A DNA stretch of 32,482 bases from Pseudomonadota bacterium. Its GTDB lineage: Bacteria > Pseudomonadota > Gammaproteobacteria > Burkholderiales > UBA11063. The position numbers were made by a program, and so were the translations under genes. Under the pieces are notes generated by a model, which worked only from the letters and a program-made list of their open reading frames with translations, had not been told where the DNA came from and did not search any database. The DNA is taken from assembly GCA_039805605.1 (NCBI GenBank), contig JBDLTW010000127.1, forward strand, positions 1-32,482. The letters run 5' to 3'. Position 1 is the first letter of the stretch, and every line of letters starts with the position of its first letter. This document shows positions 28,363-32,482 of the stretch, in pieces.

Positions 28363-29169
28363 ATGCGTTTATTAATTTCACAACATAATCTTGGTAAGTG
28401 GGCGGCTCATTATGTTGCTCAAAAAATTAATTCATTCCAACCTACTGCTGAACGTTTATTTGTTTTGGGTCTGCCAACGGGATCTACTCCATTAGATATG
28501 TATCGTGAATTAATCAAGCTTAATCAAGAAGGTAAGGTTAGTTTTAAATACGTTGTAACTTTTAATATGGATGAATATGTTGGTTTAGCTGAGGATCACC
28601 CCGAATCATATCATTATTATATGCATCATAATTTTTTTCAATATATAGATATTCAGCCACAAAATATTCATATTTTAAATGGTAATGCCTATGATTTAGA
28701 TGCCGAATGTGCCAAATATGAAGATCAGATTAGTGCACTTGGTGGTATCCATTTACAATTAGGTGGAGTAGGTGAAGATGGACATTTAGCATTTAATGAA
28801 CCTGGTTCATCACTAGCATCAAAGACACGCACCAAAGACCTAAATTTATCAACAATTATTGCTAATTCGCGTTTCTTTGCTGGAGATATTAATTTAACAC
28901 CAAAATTGGCTTTAACTATTGGAATTGATACGATAATGCAAGCTCAAGAAGTGGTAATTTTGGCTAAAGGTTTAGCTAAAGCACCTGCAGTTTGTCATGC
29001 AATTGAAGGTTCAGTCTCTTCTATGTGCCCAATTACGGCACTTCAATTTCATCGTAAGGCGTTAATTTTATGTAATGAAGAAGCTGCATATGAGTTAAAA
29101 TTGAAAACAATCAAATATTTTACCACTATGCAAGATGAATATTCGGCATTAGAAGATAAATTAAGTTAA
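28363..29169 (+). CDS. nagB: Glucosamine-6-phosphate deaminase
   Basis: FVLGLPTGSTP, TFNMDEYVGL, HPESY, DGHLAFNEPGSSL, ANSRFF. Confidence 0.96.
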   Translation: MRLLISQHNLGKWAAHYVAQKINSFQPTAERLFVLGLPTGSTPLDMYRELIKLNQEGKVSFKYVVTFNMDEYVGLAEDHPESYHYYMHHNFFQYIDIQPQNIHILNGNAYDLDAECAKYEDQISALGGIHLQLGGVGEDGHLAFNEPGSSLASKTRTKDLNLSTIIANSRFFAGDINLTPKLALTIGIDTIMQAQEVVILAKGLAKAPAVCHAIEGSVSSMCPITALQFHRKALILCNEEAAYELKLKTIKYFTTMQDEYSALEDKLS

Positions 29170-29184
29170 TAAGGTTATAATATA

Positions 29185-29979
29185 ATGGTTGAAGAGTTAA
29201 GTCAATTATTTAAATTTGCTCACTTTTTAGCTGACGAAGCCAGATTAATTAGTAATAAATATTTTCGTCAAGAGTTTAGTATTGAACAAAAAGAAAATTT
29301 ATCACCAGTAACTATTGCTGACTTAGCTATTGAACAACAATTACGCCAACTAATTCGCCAAAATTATCCAACGCATGGAATTATTGGCGAAGAGTTTAAT
29401 CATCAAGTTAGTTTAAGTGAATATTGTTGGGTGATTGATCCTATTGATGGAACTGTTGCCTTTAGCTGTGGAAAACCAACATTTACTACATTAATTGCAT
29501 TGTTAAAAAATGGGCAACCAATTTTAGGGATAATTGATCAAGCTATTAGTCATGAACGTTTTAGTTCGTGGTTAAATAATGGTGCTTGGTTTAATCAACA
29601 ACCTTTATCTCAAATTAATCAACGTAATATCATTACTTTGTCAATGGCTCGATTAAATATTACTACGCCACTTATGTTTACTAGTCAGCGACAATATCAA
29701 TGTTTTACTCGACTACAGAAGCAAGTTAAATTAACTGCTTTTGGTGGTGATGCTTATGCTTTTGCCTTACTTGCTATTGGACAAATTGATCTTATTTTAG
29801 AGGCTAATTTACAATATTATGATGTAGCGGCGATTATCCCATTAATTAAAACTGTAGGTGGTGTAATTAGTAATTGGCAAGGAGAACCGATAAATTTAGC
29901 TGATTTCAATGGGGAATGTTTAGTCACAGCTAATCAAATATTACATCAACAAGCATTAACTATTATTAATTCTTTTTAA
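29185..29979 (+). CDS. hisN: Inositol monophosphatase-family protein, probable histidinol-phosphate phosphatase
   Basis: SPVTIAD, GIIGEEF, WVIDPIDGT, GGDAYAF, YDVAA; close to hisG. Confidence 0.72.
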   Translation: MVEELSQLFKFAHFLADEARLISNKYFRQEFSIEQKENLSPVTIADLAIEQQLRQLIRQNYPTHGIIGEEFNHQVSLSEYCWVIDPIDGTVAFSCGKPTFTTLIALLKNGQPILGIIDQAISHERFSSWLNNGAWFNQQPLSQINQRNIITLSMARLNITTPLMFTSQRQYQCFTRLQKQVKLTAFGGDAYAFALLAIGQIDLILEANLQYYDVAAIIPLIKTVGGVISNWQGEPINLADFNGECLVTANQILHQQALTIINSF

Positions 29980-29995
29980 TTAGAAAGTTTATTTT

Positions 29996-31495
29996 ATGCA
30001 AAAAACAGCAATTACACCAACTCGTGAACAAAATTATCCAGAATGGTATCAACAAGTCATTAGTGCGGCAGATTTAGCAGAAAATTCTGCTGTGCGTGGG
30101 TGTATGGTAATTAAACCATGGGGATATGCCATTTGGGAGTTAATGCAACAAGACTTAGATAAACGTTTTAAAAAAACTGGTCATGTTAATGCGTACTTTC
30201 CATTACTAATTCCTTTAAGCTATTTAGAAAAAGAAGCCGAACATGTAGAAGGTTTTGCCAAGGAATGTGCTGTAGTAACGCATCATCGTTTAGTTGCGGA
30301 TGAAGAAAATGGTGGCTTAAAACCAGATGGTGAATTAGAAGAACCATTAATTATTCGCCCAACTAGTGAAACCATTATTGGTGAAAGTTTTGCAAAGTGG
30401 ATTAAATCCTATCGTGATTTACCATTGTTAATTAACCAATGGGCTAATGTTATGCGTTGGGAAATGCGCACACGTTTATTTTTACGCACTTCAGAATTTT
30501 TATGGCAGGAAGGACATACTGCTCATGCAGATGCTGATCAAGCTCTGCTTGAAACTAAATTAATTTTAGACTTATATGCTGATTTTGCCGAACAGGTTTT
30601 AGCAATGCCCGTAATTAAAGGTGAAAAGCCTTGCTTTGAACGTTTTCCAGGTGCTGTAAGTACTTATTGCATTGAGGCAATGATGCAAGATTGTAAAGCA
30701 TTACAAGCAGGAACTTCGCATTTTCTTGGGCAAAATTTTGCTAAATCTTCAGGTATTCAATATCAAAATAAAGAAGGTGAATTAGAACATGCTTGGACAA
30801 CATCTTGGGGGGTATCAACACGTTTGATTGGTGGTCTAATTATGACGCATAGTGATGACAATGGTTTAGTCCTACCACCACGCATTGCACCACAACAGTT
30901 TGTTATTCAACCTATTTATCGTAATGAAGAGCAACAACAGATAGTTTTAAATTATTGTCAAAAATTAAAGACGGATTTAGAGCAACAATCTTTTGCAGGT
31001 AATGAAATTAGAGTTTTAATTGATGATCGTGATATTGCTGGTGGTAGCAAATCTTGGGAATGGATTAAAAAAGGTGTGCCATTTCGTATTGAAGTAGGAA
31101 TGCGTGATATCGAAAAGAATAGTTTAATGCTTGCTCCTCGAGATAGCATTGGCAATAAACAAGCGATTAGTCGTGATGACCTGATCCAGAATGCAGTTAC
31201 ATTGTTAATGACTATGCAAGATAATCTATTTAATAAAGCTCGACAATTTAGAGATAGTAAAATATATTCAATTAATTCATTGAGTGAATTTACCCAATTT
31301 TTTGCTGGTGAATTAAATATTGATAGTGGTTTTGCAAGTGCTTATGCCTGTGATGAAGTACAAATCGAGCAATTTATTAAACCACTAAAAGTTACAGCTC
31401 GTTGTATGCCATTGGCAGAAAATCAAGAAACAGGAGTTTGTATTTTTACAGGTAATACTAATGCTAAGAAGATGATTTTTGCTAAATCTTATTAA
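29996..31495 (+). CDS. proS: Proline-tRNA ligase, archaeal/eukaryotic-like type (no insertion editing domain)
   Basis: EWYQQVI, VRGCMVIKPWGYAIWE, RPTSET, NQWANVMRWE, EFLWQEGHT, QAGTSHFLGQNF, C-terminal AKSY. Confidence 0.96.
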   Translation: MQKTAITPTREQNYPEWYQQVISAADLAENSAVRGCMVIKPWGYAIWELMQQDLDKRFKKTGHVNAYFPLLIPLSYLEKEAEHVEGFAKECAVVTHHRLVADEENGGLKPDGELEEPLIIRPTSETIIGESFAKWIKSYRDLPLLINQWANVMRWEMRTRLFLRTSEFLWQEGHTAHADADQALLETKLILDLYADFAEQVLAMPVIKGEKPCFERFPGAVSTYCIEAMMQDCKALQAGTSHFLGQNFAKSSGIQYQNKEGELEHAWTTSWGVSTRLIGGLIMTHSDDNGLVLPPRIAPQQFVIQPIYRNEEQQQIVLNYCQKLKTDLEQQSFAGNEIRVLIDDRDIAGGSKSWEWIKKGVPFRIEVGMRDIEKNSLMLAPRDSIGNKQAISRDDLIQNAVTLLMTMQDNLFNKARQFRDSKIYSINSLSEFTQFFAGELNIDSGFASAYACDEVQIEQFIKPLKVTARCMPLAENQETGVCIFTGNTNAKKMIFAKSY

Positions 31496-31518
31496 TTATT
31501 TCGCTGGGAGTACTATTT

Positions 31519-32397
31519 ATGAAACGACAATTACGAGTTGCTTTGCAAAAATCAGGTAAATTATCTGAAGGAAGTTTAGAATTATTAAATAAGTGTAGTT
31601 TTAATTTGCGTCCCGCAAAAAATCATTATTTAATGCAGTCTACAGAAATGAATAGTTCATTTTTGCTAATCCGTGATGATGATATTCCTGGTTTTGTCGA
31701 TAGTAATGCTAGTGATATTGGAATTGTTGGTGAAAATGGTTATTATGAGTATATTTTAGCTAATCCACATCATCAAATTAAGGTAGTCGCTAAATTAAAA
31801 TTTGCATATTGTCGTTTAAGTTTAGCTGTTTCACAAGATAGTGATATTAAAAATTTAGAAAATTTATCTGGAAAAACTATTGCTACTTCTTATCCTCATA
31901 TTTTAAGTGATTTTTTGCTACAACATAATATTGAAGCTAAAATTTTATTAATGCATGGATCGGTTGAGTTAGCGCCAAAAATTGCGATTGCTGATGCAAT
32001 TTGTGATTTAGTTTCAACAGGAACAACGCTTAAAGAGAATGGTTTGATTGAATTACAAACTATTCTCGAAAGTGAAGCTATACTAATTGCTCGTCAAGAT
32101 TGTAGTCTTGAGATCACACAACGAATTGATGAGTTAATTGCCCGTTTTAATAGTGTAATTGATGCACGAGATAGCAAATATATTATGTTGCATATAGATA
32201 AAGATAAATTATCTTGTTTAAAACAGTTGCTACCTGGTTGTGAAGCACCAACTATACTCCCTCTACATGGCATAGATAATAAAGTTGCGGTTCATGTTGT
32301 GAGTAAAGAAGAGGTATTTTGGGACACTATTAGTAAACTTAAAAGTATTGGAGCTAGTTCAATTTTAGTTTTACCGATTGAAAAAATGATGGCTTAA
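31519..32397 (+). CDS. hisG: ATP phosphoribosyltransferase, long form
   Basis: ALQKSGKL, RDDDIP, CRLSLA, IATSYP, GSVELAP, DLVSTGTTL, regulatory C-terminus GASSILVLPIEK. Confidence 0.96.
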   Translation: MKRQLRVALQKSGKLSEGSLELLNKCSFNLRPAKNHYLMQSTEMNSSFLLIRDDDIPGFVDSNASDIGIVGENGYYEYILANPHHQIKVVAKLKFAYCRLSLAVSQDSDIKNLENLSGKTIATSYPHILSDFLLQHNIEAKILLMHGSVELAPKIAIADAICDLVSTGTTLKENGLIELQTILESEAILIARQDCSLEITQRIDELIARFNSVIDARDSKYIMLHIDKDKLSCLKQLLPGCEAPTILPLHGIDNKVAVHVVSKEEVFWDTISKLKSIGASSILVLPIEKMMA

Positions 32398-32431
32398 TCT
32401 TTTTAACTATTTATTGAGGAAATTTGTTAGA

Positions 32432-32482
32432 ATGTATATTTATATGGTAAAAATAAAAATAAAACAAAGCAATCAAGTTGAA
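32432..32482 (+). CDS. Possible start of the next gene, cut by the window end; product unknown
   Basis: ATG downstream of GAGGA; open to the end (MYIYMVKIKIKQSNQVE). Confidence 0.3.
   Translation, partial: MYIYMVKIKIKQSNQVE

Noticed and set aside
6108-31155. Small overlapping ORFs 6108-6383, 10539-10796, 15837-16031, 19787-19969, 24781-24966 and 30958-31155
   Set aside because: All lie wholly inside well-supported genes, in another frame or antisense
1-32482. CRISPR array, tRNA/rRNA, prophage, Neisseria DNA uptake sequences
   Set aside because: No regularly spaced repeats, RNA-gene signatures, phage genes or GCCGTCTGAA copies noticed on reading

Overview
AT-rich bacterial chromosomal window; GuaA, the short Psd and PBP1A look betaproteobacterial/Neisseriales-like, which is inference only. 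The left ~14.5 kb holds envelope, transport and housekeeping genes: MdfA-like MFS, SH3-NlpC/P60, RlpA-like, rdgB, HSL esterase, orphan OppA, MHS-type MFS, Firmicute-type ManA and a YcbB-like L,D-transpeptidase. Several intergenic gaps contain IS200/IS605 relics, five in all: (A) an IS609-like tnpA pseudogene with a divergent tnpB stub and left end; (B) a tnpB C-terminus plus right end not shown by the ORF track; (C) a full-length tnpB-only element with both ends, a TTAT target and a TCAA right end, but a broken tnpB; (D) a heavily eroded ghost; (E) an inverted, truncated sister of C. The right ~17.7 kb is one tightly packed co-directional run: pyrH-guaA-mrcA-psd-pssA-(four-gene MCE ABC transporter)-hrpA-nagB-hisN-proS(archaeal/eukaryotic type)-hisG(long). 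I found no CRISPR, rRNA or tRNA genes and cannot claim a proven new system. The best leads are the TnpB relic set (shared ends, two independent RuvC-less ORFs) and the psd-pssA-MCE coupling with an atypical ATPase signature.
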